From positions 57,470,401 to 57,534,400 of the forward strand of contig NC_068990.1 in NCBI RefSeq assembly GCF_001194135.2: a stretch of DNA of 64,000 nt, written 5' to 3'. This stretch comes from Octopus bimaculoides. Lineage: Eukaryota. Positions 49,566 through 64,000 of the stretch are shown one piece after another. The stretch's first letter is position 1. The number at the start of each line of letters is the position of its first letter. Under the pieces are notes generated by a model. The model worked only from the letters and a program-made list of their open reading frames with translations. It searched no databases and was not told the DNA's origin. Made by a program: the position numbers and the translations under genes.

Positions 49566-50602
49566 GTATGAGATTGAAGACATACTGCAAAGCATTTTGA
49601 GTTCTGCAAATTCTGCTATACATCACTCTTTGATGATTAATGATATTGAAAATATATAACCTCATAGCATCTACAAGTGGTTATTAAGTAGAGAAAACTC
49701 TAGAAGATTTATATAACATTAAAATCCAAATCAAAATATATTTAACTTATCAATGATGAACCAGTAGCGATAATTGGTTTAAAGAAGTTGTGGATACAGT
49801 TAAAATATGATTACAACATTTCTCTTAGACAGGTAATTTCACTCTTAGGTTGGCTGAAGAGAACTATTGTTAGTTTAATAACAATCATTTTAATTGATAT
49901 TCTGCCATTACTAATGAAATTAAATATACTGAAATTAAATATCTTTTTTTTTTTTTTTTTTTTTAAATAAAATTTCAGTGGGAATTTTATCAAGAACTAT
50001 TAGCTCTAGAACAGTTGCTATTCAAAAGCAACTGAAATTTTGAATTTCTGGAAGGCATTTGTCCTGAAGCATTAACAACATTTTGCTGTAGTCTGATATA
50101 TATTAATTACGCCAATCAAAGTTAAATGAAGAGAAACAGAATATTTATCAAATCACATGTTCGAGTGATTACTTTAAGTTTTAAATCAAATGAATGTTAT
50201 GTGAATTGTTAGATATGCTTGAAAAGTCAAAGAAGTCTAATGATTTGAAACTCAAATGTCATTTACTGATTACTGAAATTACTATTATGAAGAAGTAATG
50301 ACTTCTAGTTACTCCTACTGTTCTCAAATTCACATGGCATCCACAAAATCATAGAAGCATGCACATGTTCATGAAACACTGCTATTGCATTGATAAATTA
50401 GAGAAGTTGTAAAACTTCATGACATGTAGGTGCAGGTGTGGCTTTGTGGTAAGAAATTTGCTTTTCAACCACATGGTCTCAGGTTCAATCCCACTGTGTG
50501 AAACCTTGGACAAGTGTCTTATACTGTAGTCTCAAGCAGACCAAAGCCTTGTGGGTGGGATTTGGAAGACAGAAACTGAAAGAAGCTGATTGACTATATG
50601 TC

Positions 50603-50637
<35 letters not shown>

Positions 50638-50710
50638 GGATGTTTGGATGTTTTGCATCCTTGTCCCATTCTGTATTATTTAGACTATATATATATATAT
50701 ATATATGTTG

Positions 50711-50875
50711 TAAAATATATTTTCCAACTAAATGTGGCGGTCCCATAGAGGACGGTGTTACAGTTGTTTTTAGCCCCAGGAAGACTGGCTAATGACACAT
50801 ATCTTCCTGGGGCTAAAAACAACAGTAACATCGTCCTCTATGGGACTGCCACACTTAGTTGGCAAATATATTTTA
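50711..50875. repeat. 165 bp fold-back: 74 bp arms, 17 nt loop
   Basis: 50711-50784 vs 50802-50875, 69/74 identical as inverted repeats. Confidence 0.92.
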
Positions 50876-50934
50876 TGATTCCATACTGTTACTGTTTACC
50901 TCTCACTCAGAGATTTAATATGGCTATACACACG

Positions 50935-50974
<40 letters not shown>

Positions 50975-50976
50975 TA

Positions 50977-51083
50977 CAAGGTGTCCAAAAGGTCTGGGTA
51001 CATGGAGTAAATAAAATCATAACAAACAATTAGATATAAGAAATAATAATTTCTTAAAGTATGTGTCCTTTGTGGACACCCTG
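50977..51083. mobile_element. 107 bp Tc1/mariner-type MITE
   Basis: TA-caaggtgtccaaaagg ... cctttgtggacaccctg-TA. Confidence 0.7.
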
Positions 51084-51518
51084 TAGATAAATTAAATAGA
51101 GAGATACTATTGAGAATCTAATAATTTATTTATATTATAATATGACATGATATAATNNNNNNNNNNTTAGACTGTCAGAAAAGGATGCCTGATTAAAGTT
51201 CTTCCAGTTCTATGTATTCTGAGTTTTTGAATGGTAAATTTTATCTACGGCTTTGTTGAAAACACACTCTTGGTTTTGGGTACTTTGAACAGAGGCAAAC
51301 CTGTTGCAAGCCTCTGGTTGATGATTACCTCCTTCTTCCTTACCAATTTCAGAAGGCTCTGAAAACTAGTAAATCATGTGTGCCGTTCTTTCCATGATGA
51401 AATAGTAAAAGTACAAAAAAAAAAAAGAAAGAAAGAACATGCTTGGTAGTACATATGCTTCTTTGTTTAATCATTTTTACATCTGTTTTTCCATGCTCAC
51501 ATAGGAGATATAATTATA

Positions 51519-51900
51519 TTGTGTAAAGTCGAAAGTTTTGCAAAATTTGTGTAACTTAGTTGCTTTATTCATGAAGTTACAACAAACATCCCAAGCATTC
51601 AAAGTAGAGGCAACCGTGTTGCATTGAATAAAGCCACCTTTCTGCCAGTTCTTTGATTCCACACTGATACCAATGCTTGTTCTCTGAGGCAAAGAACTCG
51701 TTCACTGAAGCTTCTACCTCTACTTGGCTGATGAAGTTTTGCAAGCACAGGATGTAAGCCATTGATCAGAAGAAGTAATAATCTGGGGTCAATAGTTTTC
51801 CATAATTCTAATGTGCATAAACACAGATTATGCAAGGGCCAGCTTTTTGAACTTGTCACCAAACATGGGCATAAACTTGACAAATAAGGCAAGTAAGTTT
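51519..51900 (-). mobile_element. Mariner transposase C-terminal remnant
   Basis: EVEASVNEFFASENKHWYQCGIKELAERW. Confidence 0.8.
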
Positions 51901-51911
51901 CCAAAATATTC

Positions 51912-52118
51912 CTTTTCTACAAGGTCCAAAATTTTTTGGGAGGGAGCCAGTCGATTAGATCGACCCACAGTACACAACTAGTACTTAATTTATCGACCCT
52001 GAAAGGATGAAAGATAAAGTTGAACTTGGCAGAATTTGAACTCAGAACATAAAGATAGATGAAATACTTCTAAGCATTTCACCTGGCATGCTAACATTTT
52101 TGCCAGCTCGCCACCTTG
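51912..52118 (-). mobile_element. SINE family B, tail type 1
   Basis: Homology to family B. Confidence 0.88.
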
Positions 52119-53415
52119 AGTTTCCAAAATATTGCAAGACATTTGATTCAGCACACCAGTTTGTAGCAAACCAATAATTTATCATGCTAGCAAGGAAAAA
52201 TAAAGTAAAACAAATACATACATACATACATATGCGTTAATGCATGTGTATATCTATAACTAGATGTATGTTTGAATGCTTGTTTGTTTGCTTGTATATG
52301 TATATAAAACAATAATGTTATGTTTACATTGCTTAAGAGCAATATGTTCTGAAGCTCTGCACTTTCAAAATCTACAGGAATAAAATAATCTTTACTTGAC
52401 AAGCTGATAATGGTTGGTGACAGGAAAGGCATCGCACCAAAGTAAAATCTACCTCAAATTAGCAATCCCTTAATCTATGCCAATATGGAAAAAATAGATT
52501 CAATGTTCTATATAACATGATAAATGAATATATTTTGTGCATACACACACACATATATATAAAATGTCCACATTTATATACACATGTGTGGGAAGTGGAC
52601 ATTAAACTATGATGATGATGATGTGTGTGTGTGTGTGGGGGGGTGTAACTTCGTAATGTTTTGTTAACTATTGAATAGAACTTAAGATACCCCTGATGTT
52701 CAATTTCAAGATTTCAAGGTAAAGACAATATGTTCACTATCGGTATTTACAACATCAGCAACTATCTCTGATTAAAATAAAAGCTTTCAGTGCACTCTGT
52801 AACAATAACTTTCTCCTATCAAACATTATCTGCAATGACATAATGTTTTCAATATGTTAGGCATTGTGAAATTAAAATATTTTCAGAAATTTTACATAAT
52901 AAGTGAATAAATTACTTTCCCAAAAGACAGAAATGTAGCTCAATATCTGACCAAAAGTTTAGGGCCTCATAAAACATCTTATTTACATTGAAGCAGTTGA
53001 CATAAGATAAATCATGGAATATTTTAACATGCCACATTTTCACCTGAGTGGTTTGCGAGAAATAATCAAGTGAAATGAAATTGTAAGATGAATTGAAATG
53101 GTTCCCTGTGCGACTATTTTGGAGCACTTTATCAGCTTAACTAATGCTAATAACAGTTATGTGGGCATTTATCATTTAAGCTAGAATATTCCAGCAGAAA
53201 ACATTTCGTTATATCTCATGTATGTTATGTGTGGTGAATACAGCAAGTTATAAAGTGTATGTCCTTTTAAGTGATAGTGTATACTTTCAAGAAATATTAG
53301 CTTTAAACAATGCAATAGAGTATATATTCATGTGTGTATGTGTAAATGTATATGTGTGTGCATGCATGTGTGTGTATGTGTGTAAATATATGTGTGCGTG
53401 TGTGTGTAGACATGC

Positions 53416-53468
<53 letters not shown>

Positions 53469-53999
53469 NNNNNNNNNNNNNNNNNNNNNNNNNNNNNNNN
53501 NNNNNNNNNNNNNNNNNNNNNNNNNNNNNNNNNNNNNNNNNNNNNNNNNNNNNNNNNNNNNNNNNNNNNNNNNNNNNNNNNNNNNNNNNNNNNNNNNNNN
53601 NNNNNNNNNNNNNNNNNNNNNNNNNNNNNNNNNNNNNNNNNNNNNNNNNNNNNNNNNNNNNNNNNNNNNNNNNNNNNNNNNNNNNNNNNNNNNNNNNNNN
53701 NNNNNNNNNNNNNNNNNNNNNNNNNNNNNNNNNNNNNNNNNNNNNNNNNNNNNNNNNNNNNNNNNNNNNNNNNNNNNNNNNNNNNNNNNNNNNNNNNNNN
53801 NNNNNNNNNNNNNNNNNNNNNNNNNNNNNNNNNNNNNNNNNNNNNNNNNNNNNNNNNNNNNNNNNNNNNNNNNNNNNNNNNNNNNNNNNNNNNNNNNNNN
53901 NNNNNNNNNNNNNNNNNNNNNNNNNNNNNNNNNNNNNNNNNNNNNNNNNNNNNNNNNNNNNNNNNNNNNNNNNNNNNNNNNNNNNNNNNNNNNNNNNNN

Positions 54000-54061
<62 letters not shown>

Positions 54062-55298
54062 ACACACAGTTATATTGGTTTGTTTCTTTTAGCCTCTGGA
54101 GAAAAATCTGTGTTATTTGTACCATTGTAATAAACACAGAATGCAAAAATTTCCTGCCAAGGACATTGTTTTATAGCAAATTTCTACTCACCAGCTGAGC
54201 AGATATGCAATACGGACAATATGCATGGATGATATTTATTAACTAATCAAATGCTTAGAATGAGTGTGAAGGTTAATTCAGAGATCCATGCCAAACGTGC
54301 TTGACTTTTCAATCAATAGTCCCTATGTGCTGATTCTTGTTGTTTTATTGATCATAGAGACTTAAAAATGATGTCATCTATTGAAGGATTGAAACTCAGA
54401 ACTTTGTGTTTCAAAACTATTAACTCCCAGACCACTCATCAATTGTCCAGGCATATCTAAAAACTAACTGATTATCTTTACTATAAACCACCTTGCCATA
54501 GTTTATTTTGCTTTTCTTTTTTGTTTTTGCTTTCCTTCATATTTTCTATAAGAATGGTTTGTTAGCAGAAGCATCAGTATTTTGCAGCTGTTGTTGCTGT
54601 TATTCTTGTCGTTGCTGTTATTATAGTTTAGGCCAAGCCAAATCTGATTGATAAACCCTATGATCAGAAGCATTCAGTTGTGGCTGTATCATCTTTTTAA
54701 GGGTAACTAGGGACTACATTATCTAATATACGCTTCTCTTGTTTAAGGCATTACAGGGTCATTCAGTTGCTGTTTTTCACAGATGTAGACACTCCCTTGT
54801 TAAAACGATTCTACATCTTTTCTCTGCAAAAGGTATGGATCATTTCCTTCGGCTTTTAACATACCAGAATGAAGAAGACTAAAATAGCAGACAAATTTCT
54901 CATCTGAACAATCAGGATGGATATTTCAAACTTTCAGCAAATGGAAAGTGTGTGTGTTTGTGTGCGTGTATTTCTATCTATCTATCTGTCTATCTACCTA
55001 TATATGTATAAACACTCTTTTATATTCATTAAGTGTACAGGAGTTGAAAGAACCTTGCATTCCTCCTGCCAGCTGGTGTGATATGTTAGGCAGTAACCAG
55101 ATGATATATTTGAGCTGTGACTTAAAAGTACCCAAGTCCTATGATCATTTTCACCTCTCCCTGATGAACACAGTTTTTTCTGGTGACATTATATGAGAGT
55201 TAAACTTATGACACAAAGTTCGTACAGATACTGTCACAAATTTTGTATAATGTTCCTATTTTGTACAATGTTCCTCTGCCAATTCAATGCCATATGTA

Positions 55299-56485
55299 CA
55301 CAGACATGACAGAAGTAAATAGACACACTCATAATCGTTAAAATTTATTTAAATTTGAAATTATTTGCTCAAATTATTTATCAATTATTATAATGGGAAT
55401 ATATCATATTTAGTAGACATACTTTTCCCACTTTTCAATGCAAAGACCAATTAGGCATGCTACTAATCAGATGACAAATATTCTCTTGAGGAATTTCTTG
55501 CCAAGTTTCATGCAGTAATCTCAAAAGATCTGCCATTGAGGATGCTTTCTTGTTCTTTTTCTGAAGTTTCCTGTCTATTATGCCCCAGAGATGTTCAATA
55601 GGGTTCATATCTGGTGATTGGCTTGGCCATAGAAGCTCTTTAATGCCTTTTTCTTCCAACCAATCTTGTGTTTTTTAGCTGTGTGACAAGGAGCCCATCT
55701 TCCATAAATAAAGAATCTTCTTTAACCATTTCATCACTGGAGAAGACTGGAAGGAGTCTTTTCTGCAATATGGACACATATTTATCACACTCCACCAGTT
55801 CTGATCGACCATTGCTCCAAGTTGCTCTCCAGACCATCACAGAATAGCCACTGTTGTTTCAATGTTGCCTGCAATATTTTCATGTCAAATTCTTGATCAC
55901 AGGCTCTCCAAACCCACACTTGACAACTGTCAGAAAATACAGCAAATCTGGACTCATCAGAGGATATGACAGTATCTCAAAATGCTAGTTGGCTCTCCAT
56001 CATCACATTGGCCCAATCTTTTCTCTGCTTGATATTTGCTGGTCAAAGAAGTAACTTCCTTCTTGCTGCTCTTCCATAGTAACCAAATTTGTGGAGATAC
56101 CTGACAGCTGTTCTGGGACTGACATCAACTTGTCATGCTATGTCAGAGGCCTTGCAACAAAGATCCTTCACACTTCTCTTAACAAAGAGAAGGGTCCTGT
56201 CGGAGGGCCCTGGTGAATTGCACAATCATTCTATTAACTGTAGAAAGCAGGATCCCTAGCTTTCCAGCGATTTTACACTAAGTCCACCCTCAGTTTGACC
56301 AACAATAAAACCTCCTTGAAATTCTGACAGTCCCAAGGCTTCTTTTGTACATGATATCATCAAACAGTCACATATAGAACATGAAACATTAAATAACTAT
56401 TAATAAAAAAAGTAAACCTTTTCAAGTTAAAATAAACATAAAACAATATTTTATGGGGTCTCTATTTACTTCTGTCATGCCTGTG
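55299..56485 (-). mobile_element. Tc1-like element, both TIRs, transposase pseudogene
   Basis: 28 bp TIRs CACAG(A/G)CATGACAGAAGTAAATAGA(C/G)AC with TA flanks; WPSQSPDMNPIEHLW motif; stops and frameshifts. Confidence 0.9.
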
Positions 56486-56499
56486 TATATTTCCCTTTT

Positions 56500-56918
56500 T
56501 TTACTTGATTCAGTCATTACACTGCGGCTGTGTTGGGGCATCACCTTGAAAATTTTAGGTGATTGACACTTTTTTCAAAGCCCAGAATCTATCCAATCGA
56601 ACTCTTTTGCTGAACCACTACATTACGTGTATGTAAATAAACACACAACACCGGTTGTCAGGTGGCAGTGGGAGACGAACATAGACACACAAAAAACATG
56701 CACACACAAAACACATGCATGTACATGCATGCACAAGCACTCCTGCAGGCACACACTTGATAGGCTTTTTTCAGTCTCTGTCTGTCAAATCCACTCAAAA
56801 GGTTTTAGTCAGCCTGAAGCTTTTGGAGAAAGTGGTTGAGCAATATATGACACAGTGGGACTGAACCCAGAACCATGAGGTTGGGAAACAAACATCTTAC
56901 CATGCTGCTGTGTCTGTG
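56500..56918 (-). mobile_element. SINE family A, diverged
   Basis: Homology to family A. Confidence 0.75.
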
Positions 56919-56928
56919 CTTAAATAAG

Positions 56929-56969
<41 letters not shown>

Positions 56970-57434
56970 CTATATGTATGTATGTATGCACAAGCATGTA
57001 CATACACACTCACACACACCATATGATATAAAATTCCCTTTAACACTTAATAGAAACTGGCTAACAACTCAGATTATTTGGCCTTTTCCTTCTATCATTT
57101 TCTCTGGTGGCTTACCTCCACCCCTTAACTTTCATCTACATCCCCACTGCATTCATTAAACCTCATGACTTTAGACCCCACCACAGGAGATTGCCACACC
57201 TCAAGGATTCCCAGTTAATTGGACTAATTTTCAAAATGCAGCCACCCAGACCACTTGAGGAGTTGTATGATGTGTGCTGAGATGATCAAACAGAATTAGC
57301 ATAATATTTTGCCACTTTAAAAAAAACAAATATTTACTCATCTGTTGTCAATGAAATTTTTCTAAAAGATATGTCAATTTGCACAAACACACACACACAC
57401 ACACGATACCACACCATACCCACATATATATATA

Positions 57435-57462
57435 CAGTCGTGGCCAAAAGTTTGGAACATTT
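57435..57462 (+). mobile_element. Solo Tc1-type terminal repeat
   Basis: TA-cagtcgtggccaaaagtttggaaca; no partner seen downstream. Confidence 0.5.
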
Positions 57463-60400
57463 TTTAAAAAATTAAAATTATGTCCAAGTACAATTCAACT
57501 CAAATATATACAACATAGAGGTATACTTACTTAATAACTGAGCCAATGGTCTACTGGAGATATGGTAACCTAATAACTGATGGTCAATTACATAAATGGT
57601 CAGATATATATTAAATATAACTTTGGGCATTTAATATAAGAATTCTGATATAAAATTTTTTTTTTTTTTCTATATACATAATTCTAATATAAAAATTTTC
57701 AGACCTATGTTCCAAAGTAATCTTATCATGCCAAGTATAGAAAATGGTTGTGGAACAAATGAACCATGAAGAAAACAAACAGAACATCAAATAATGAATA
57801 AAAGCAGTTAGTTTAATACTGTAAATAGAAAATGTTTACAGTGTTCTTCAGCAAAGAAAAGCAAAAGAGAAAAAGGGAATGAAAAGTAAATTCTAATGAG
57901 TAAAGAGAGTGGCAAAATGGTAAAAGCCATGTATATAGTTTCATATTTACCCAGTTGAGAGTCACCTGGTGTCAACTCATGCTGTAGTTAACTTAAAAAC
58001 AATTCCTGATCAATAAATGGTATGATTAACATCTAACATATCCAGCTTTTGAAATAAGGAATTATTATTGGAGAAACTTCCAAGTAGAAATATTCATCAA
58101 AATATTTTGTATAAGAGACATTTATCAAGATTAATTTAATGGAGTTTGGAATCACCAGACACTTTATGGATTTAGAAAGAAATATAAATATATTTCACCA
58201 GCTTAAAAGAAAAAAAAAGAATATCTATATATATATATATATGTGGAGCAGATTGTATTTTTACATGCTGCAGGGTTGAACATTTCATAATTTTTAGATT
58301 TTCTTTCCCATATATTCTTTATCATTTATTAAGATGAATGCATATTTTCTGTGACAGTAAAAGCATTATGTAACAAAGACAAACGAGAAAGATCTTCATA
58401 CAAGTACCAACAATGGATTTCTTGAAAGCTATCCAATTTAACTATCTTGATAATTTGGTAAGAAATTCTTTTATGCTTTCTCTACAAATCAGACATATTA
58501 TTTTCTGTAGCTTTTCTTCAAATGGAGACCATTCATCTGGAGTAGACTGAACTTGCATGTTATATTCATTTGCTGTAATTGTTTAATCCTAAGTCAGTCC
58601 TGAGTAAGCAAACCTTTTCTTTCTTAAGCGAGATCCTTATCTAATCTCTCCAATCATTTTTAGGACTGCAAGGTAAGATTTTTGGGAGAGTTGGCTACTA
58701 TTTCTAACAGGCTGAGTGACCATCAAGAGCAAGCATGGACAACTTCTCTTGAGAAGCTGTCTGCATGAGTCATAGATCACACCACTAAAAAGATTCACTA
58801 CTGAAACAAATTTTCAATCAGGTATGCTATTCAGGAAGTCTCATAGTCCAAATGTGACCCTAGGGTTCCAATTTGTCCATAACTGAACTAGAATTTCCCT
58901 ATATACATGTGTATATGCTATACACATTTGTATGTAGCAGGTACCTAAATTTCTATGACTATGTTTAAATAATATACCAACATAAAATGCTCTTGAGACC
59001 AGCAAAGTCCTATTTTAATTTAACAAGGATATTGCTTAAAGTGTGTAATTTATATTAGAAATATAATTTTCTGAATAATGAAGCAACAAATGTCATAATC
59101 TAGAGAGTGATATGGCAGTCCTGAAGAACTGAACATTGCACCGCAAACTTGTGAAATACTCATTAACTGTATGGTGCATCTGCTGCTTAGAATAGCGAAT
59201 CGTGTTACACCATATACTTATTTGTAATTAGATTGACTGAAAATTAAGTATGTTTGCCACAGACTAAAATGCAAAAGTGGAATGACAAATGTTCAGATGT
59301 TGGACTAACATGCTATCAACTTGACCAGTTTTTACAATGAAGCGTGTGCATATATGTATGTGTGTAAATATATCAATATATTGTGCTTGTGTGTGTGCAT
59401 GTGTGTGTGTTGGGGGTGTTTGTGCATGTGTGTGTGTGTGTTTGGTTGGCAGAAGTTACAGAATGACTCAAGAGCTGAGCATATTGTGCATTGACAATTA
59501 TCAGTGCAAGAAACTGCCATCACTTGAGTCACTCTGTAACTTCTGCTGATTATTATTAATAATTATATATATTTATATAAAAACATGCACACTCACACAC
59601 ACACACACATATTCTGCTGAGTGGTTGGTGTTAGGAAGGGCATCTAGCTGTAAAAATCCTGCCAAAAAAGTCACAGAAGTTTGGTGCAGGTTTCAGCCTG
59701 CCTGGCTCTTGTGGTACTGTCCCACCCATGCTAGTTTGGAAGATGGACGTTAAATGATGATGATGATTATGATGACATATATACATAGGAACCTTAATCC
59801 TAATTTCCTAATTTTCCCCTTCTATCAATGTTCACAGAACACCTCAGTACAACAAAGAATGAATAAAGAGGCAACTTCCATCAATAGATATCTTCCACAA
59901 CTCAATATGAACACATAACTTAATACAGAACACTACTAACCTTTCAATTAATACCACCCATACATCCCATACACCATTCACATTACAGATTTATATCTAC
60001 CCTAATTGCACCAAATCCAGAACTACTTACCTCCCTTACACATAAACTTTTTACCCAGGGACTAGTAGACCCAACACCGTTCAGTAATTGGTGTGCATTC
60101 AAAGTAGTGGTCAGTAATTTTACGAAACTGGTATGCTTTTGAACCTCTTTAACAATTCACAATAATGACTTTTATTACTTTTATTCCTACCCCAGTTCAT
60201 CTAATTGTATATATCCATTGTTAATTTTCGTAAAAAGCCTTTACTTTTTTTTGATTTCCAATGTGCATTTTCGCTTATTTTACTTCTTACTTTCCCCTTA
60301 CATTACTATGTGTAGTTTCTGTTTTCTTTTTGTAACNNNNNNNNNNNNNNNNNNNNNNNNNNNNNNNNNNNNNNNNNNNNNNNNNNNNNNNNNNNNNNNN

Positions 60401-60535
60401 NNNNNNNNNNNNNNNNNNNNNNNNNNNNNNNNNNNNNNNNNNNNNNNNNNNNNNNNNNNNNNNNNNNNNNNNNNNNNNNNNNNNNNNNNNNNNNNNNNNN
60501 NNNNNNNNNNNNNNNNNNNNNNNNNNNNNNNNNNN

Positions 60536-60575
<40 letters not shown>

Positions 60576-60889
60576 TGACCTGTAGGGATGCAGTATTTCG
60601 TTATGCAAACATAATATGCTATAAAGTATATCAAGTGATTTTTATAAGTCAATATTATATTCTACTGTGTTAGCAGTGCACTTTACATCACTACAGATAT
60701 TCAACAGAAATTATAACCAGCACTGATTTTTGCTTCAATGCTTCATATTCACGACATCAGATCTAAACAAACAATATAATCAAAGATCCTGTTTTCATCT
60801 TCGATCTCATTATTTGTTTGCATCCGGCATCTCAGATACAAAACAGCATAACAAAAATCAGTGCTGGCTATAATTTCTATTAGAAAGTG

Positions 60890-60958
<69 letters not shown>

Positions 60959-60963
<5 letters not shown>

Positions 60964-61177
60964 CTTTATTGCCCACAGGGGGGCTAAACACAGAGGGGAC
61001 AAACATGCGGATTAAGTCAATTACATCGACCTCAGTGTGTAACTGGTACTTATTTAATCAACCCCGAAAGGATGAAAGGCAAAGTCGACCTCGGTGGAGT
61101 TTGAACTCAGAACGTAATGGCAGACGAAATACCGCTGAGCATTTCACTCAGCGTGTTAATAATTCTGCCAGCTCGTC
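60959..61177 (-). mobile_element. SINE family B, tail type 2
   Basis: Homology to 20560-20796. Confidence 0.9.
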
Positions 61178-61199
61178 TATATATATAATACAATAGACA

Positions 61200-62100
61200 G
61201 AAAAAGGATGAAGAGATGAAGACATGAGGTAGAACAGTAGATGTAGACTTGACATGAACATATGGATAAGGTATTGAGATATGTGCTTACACAATACACT
61301 TTCAGTTTCCATCTCTATCAACATTTTAACATCAGTTTCTCCATCCTTGTATGGATGGGCAAGTCTTTTGAAACCTTGCATCTCTCTAGTCATCTCAAAC
61401 TTTGTCATCTCTTTAATGAGGCACAAAATCCTGAGATCAGTCTTCACCACATATTGTGAAATCTCTGTCTTCCTTAAATTCCAACAACAATAAGTGATAA
61501 GCACTTTTTTAAACAACTGTGTTCATCCATATATATATCACATACATCTAACAATGCAGTTTCCTCTCTTGCAAAAATGTAACTCCTCTTATGCTCAGAT
61601 TTTCTCTTAACACTTTTATATTCTGTCATTCATGCATATTGGCATTGCACATTCAATAGAGCAGGTTTGCTTAATTTCTTCCTAGTTTTTGCAGGTCCTC
61701 TGTACTCAGTGCCCATGTCTCTCGACTGTATAGCATTGTGGTTTGTACACAAGCAACATACAATCTGCCCTTCCCTCTCAAGGAGAAGACCTTGTTGTCG
61801 AAAGAGGTAATAGATCCTTAAACTTTTTCGACATGTTCATAACTTGGCTACTATCCTTTCAGAACATCCTTTTCTATGGCTAACTACATCGTCTAGGTTA
61901 CAGAAGCTATCAACAACTTCTATGGATCCTCCCAAGCATTTGAGAGAATCTGTTTTCATATGCTATTTGTTTTTTATTGCTGCTGTGCATCTGCCACATA
62001 TAAAGTCTGCTTACTCTGTTAACCTGTTCGTGATTCCACTGTACCTCTTGTGAGTCCATTGTTTGCAGAAGATGCCACATGAGGAATTCATCTCTACTCA
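61200..62100 (-). mobile_element. Old RTE-clade LINE ORF2 fragment
   Basis: CKLWTHKRYSGI, CGRCTA, KGRLYVACVQTTMLYSRETW and VVKTDL motifs. Confidence 0.8.
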
Positions 62101-62129
62101 TTTTCTACATATTGAGAAAGGTCATTTTC

Positions 62130-62522
62130 CTTACTCTTTTACTTGTTTCAGTCATTTGACTTCGGTCATGCTGCAGCACCGCCTTTAATCGAGCAAATCG
62201 ACCCCAGGACTTATTCTTTGTAAGCCTAGCACTTATTCTATCGGTTTCTTTTGCCGAACTGCTAAGTGACGGGGACATAAACACATCAGCATCGGTTGTC
62301 AAGCAATGCTAGGGGGACAAACACAGACACACAAACACACATATATATACATACATATATACGACGGGTGTCTTTCAGTTTCCGTCTACCAAATCCACTC
62401 ACAAGGCTTTGGTCGGCATGAGGCTATAGTAGAAGACACTTGCCCAAGATGCCACGCAGTGGGACTGAACCCAGAACCATGTGGTTGGTAAGCAAGCTAC
62501 TTACCCCACAGCCACTCCTGCG
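62130..62522 (-). mobile_element. SINE family A, young
   Basis: Close to the family A type. Confidence 0.9.
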
Positions 62523-63966
62523 TGATAACTTTCCCCCAACTGATAGCACCTCTATGTATAGCTTGTATTAGACTCAAAAGCCATTCATCTACATTTTGTT
62601 TCCTCAGCAACAATCAGGTTAAGGAGTGAGAGACCCCACCCCACCCTGAAGTTTTATTCACAGGTTAACAAATACTAGGTATAGCAACTTAATCCTGGTT
62701 CATGTGTTTCTCATGCAGTTGCTTCAATAGGAAGATGTAATCAGTAGTATTTCTTCCTGGCACAGAACTGAACTGCATCACATCTACACTAACTCTCTTC
62801 CATATCAATTGAGCTATAACTGTTTCCATTCATCTCACAGTCTGGTACAGTAATTTAACACAGACACAAACATACACACATATATATATAGTGGAAGCCG
62901 CTTACTACAATCACAGTTATTATTAACTGTTATTGCTATCAAATGGTTATTGTTATCAACAAGGCTCTGTATCAAAGAGACTACTCTAAGTAGCTTACAC
63001 TCTGCATGTTGATGTATATGTGTGAGCATATATGTATACATGTGTATATACATACATGCATACATACATACATATAAATGTCCACACACACACACACATG
63101 CATGTGTATGTGTATGTGTGTGTACACACAAAAATGTGTGCATATGCATCTGTAAGTTTGTAATTGTATCAATATTTTTATAACATAGTAAAGCTATTAG
63201 TAGATTTCTTTGTGGATACAGCTATTCATTTATCTCAATATTACAACAACCAATATATACTTTGGGAGGTGAATTTACTTAATTCCTAATGCAATTCTTT
63301 CTCTAAATTGATATAGATCCAAATATAAGTCAACCATAAACAGCTGCAATGGAATATTTTTCAACTTAGGATACTCATGAGCATATATATATATTGCAAT
63401 ATATAAAGAAAAAAATTATAATATATGTACTTCAGTGAGACATATCATTGAATCCAGAAACCAACATTGTAAAACATTATAGAGGCCAACAACATTTCAC
63501 TTAAACTAGTCAAGCAAATATTTATGAAGTTAAATTTCTATGTAAAGGCTGTAGACAGATACAACAAATTTGTTTGAGGTGCAGACAGTAGTTCTGCAAG
63601 GGTGCTTTCTTTCTCCATAGCACTTTGTACAGAACATTGACTGGGTGTTAAAACAGACAACATAAAGAAAAAAAAAAGTTAACAAAATTTAGCTAATTTT
63701 GATATTACTGATAATAAGAATTATAACAATGACCAGAAAGCTTACAGTTAGAAGCATTATATAAAGTATAGTCATACCTTGGGTAGGATTCTAGTCCTGC
63801 AAACCTTAAATTGACCAACACATTGTAAGTGGAATTTAGTTGTTGGTTACTATGCAGAAACCTGTCATATATATCGGTATCTATCTATTTATCTATATAT
63901 GTGTCTATCTGTCTGCCTGTCTCTCTGCCTGCCTGTCTGTCTATCTGTCCATTTATCTATCTATCT

Positions 63967-64000
<34 letters not shown>

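Noticed and set aside
54783-54832. Plus-strand exon candidate (VDTPLLKRFYIFSLQK)
   Set aside because: The acceptor lies in a dispersed repeat also seen near 47600-47740 and 58570-58730; no support beyond splice-like motifs.
58711-58822. Exon-like segment with good splice motifs
   Set aside because: Stops in all three frames, and the acceptor derives from the same dispersed repeat.

Overview
AT-rich, repeat-dense animal genomic DNA with many assembly gaps, mostly at microsatellite edges. The retroposon families look like those of octopods (inference only). No complete protein-coding gene is visible, and nearly all long ORFs in the supplied track are microsatellite or N-gap artefacts. The window holds: (i) dozens of tRNA-headed SINEs in at least 4 families, here called A-D; (ii) decayed RTE, CR1 and R4/Dong-type LINE fragments; (iii) mariner, maT and Tc1 remnants and MITEs; (iv) a few weak candidate exons, mostly on the minus strand. 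The most notable signals are two minimal type-I hammerhead ribozyme motifs of the Penelope-like-element kind (7535-7592 minus, core boxes intact; 8983-9041 plus), each inside a ~410 bp element bounded by inverted repeats, plus two degenerate relatives. Also notable are several near-perfect fold-back elements, a head-to-tail array of three different R4/Dong copies associated with (AAT)n tracts, a SINE dimer under one target-site duplication, and a CpG-rich 190 bp island.
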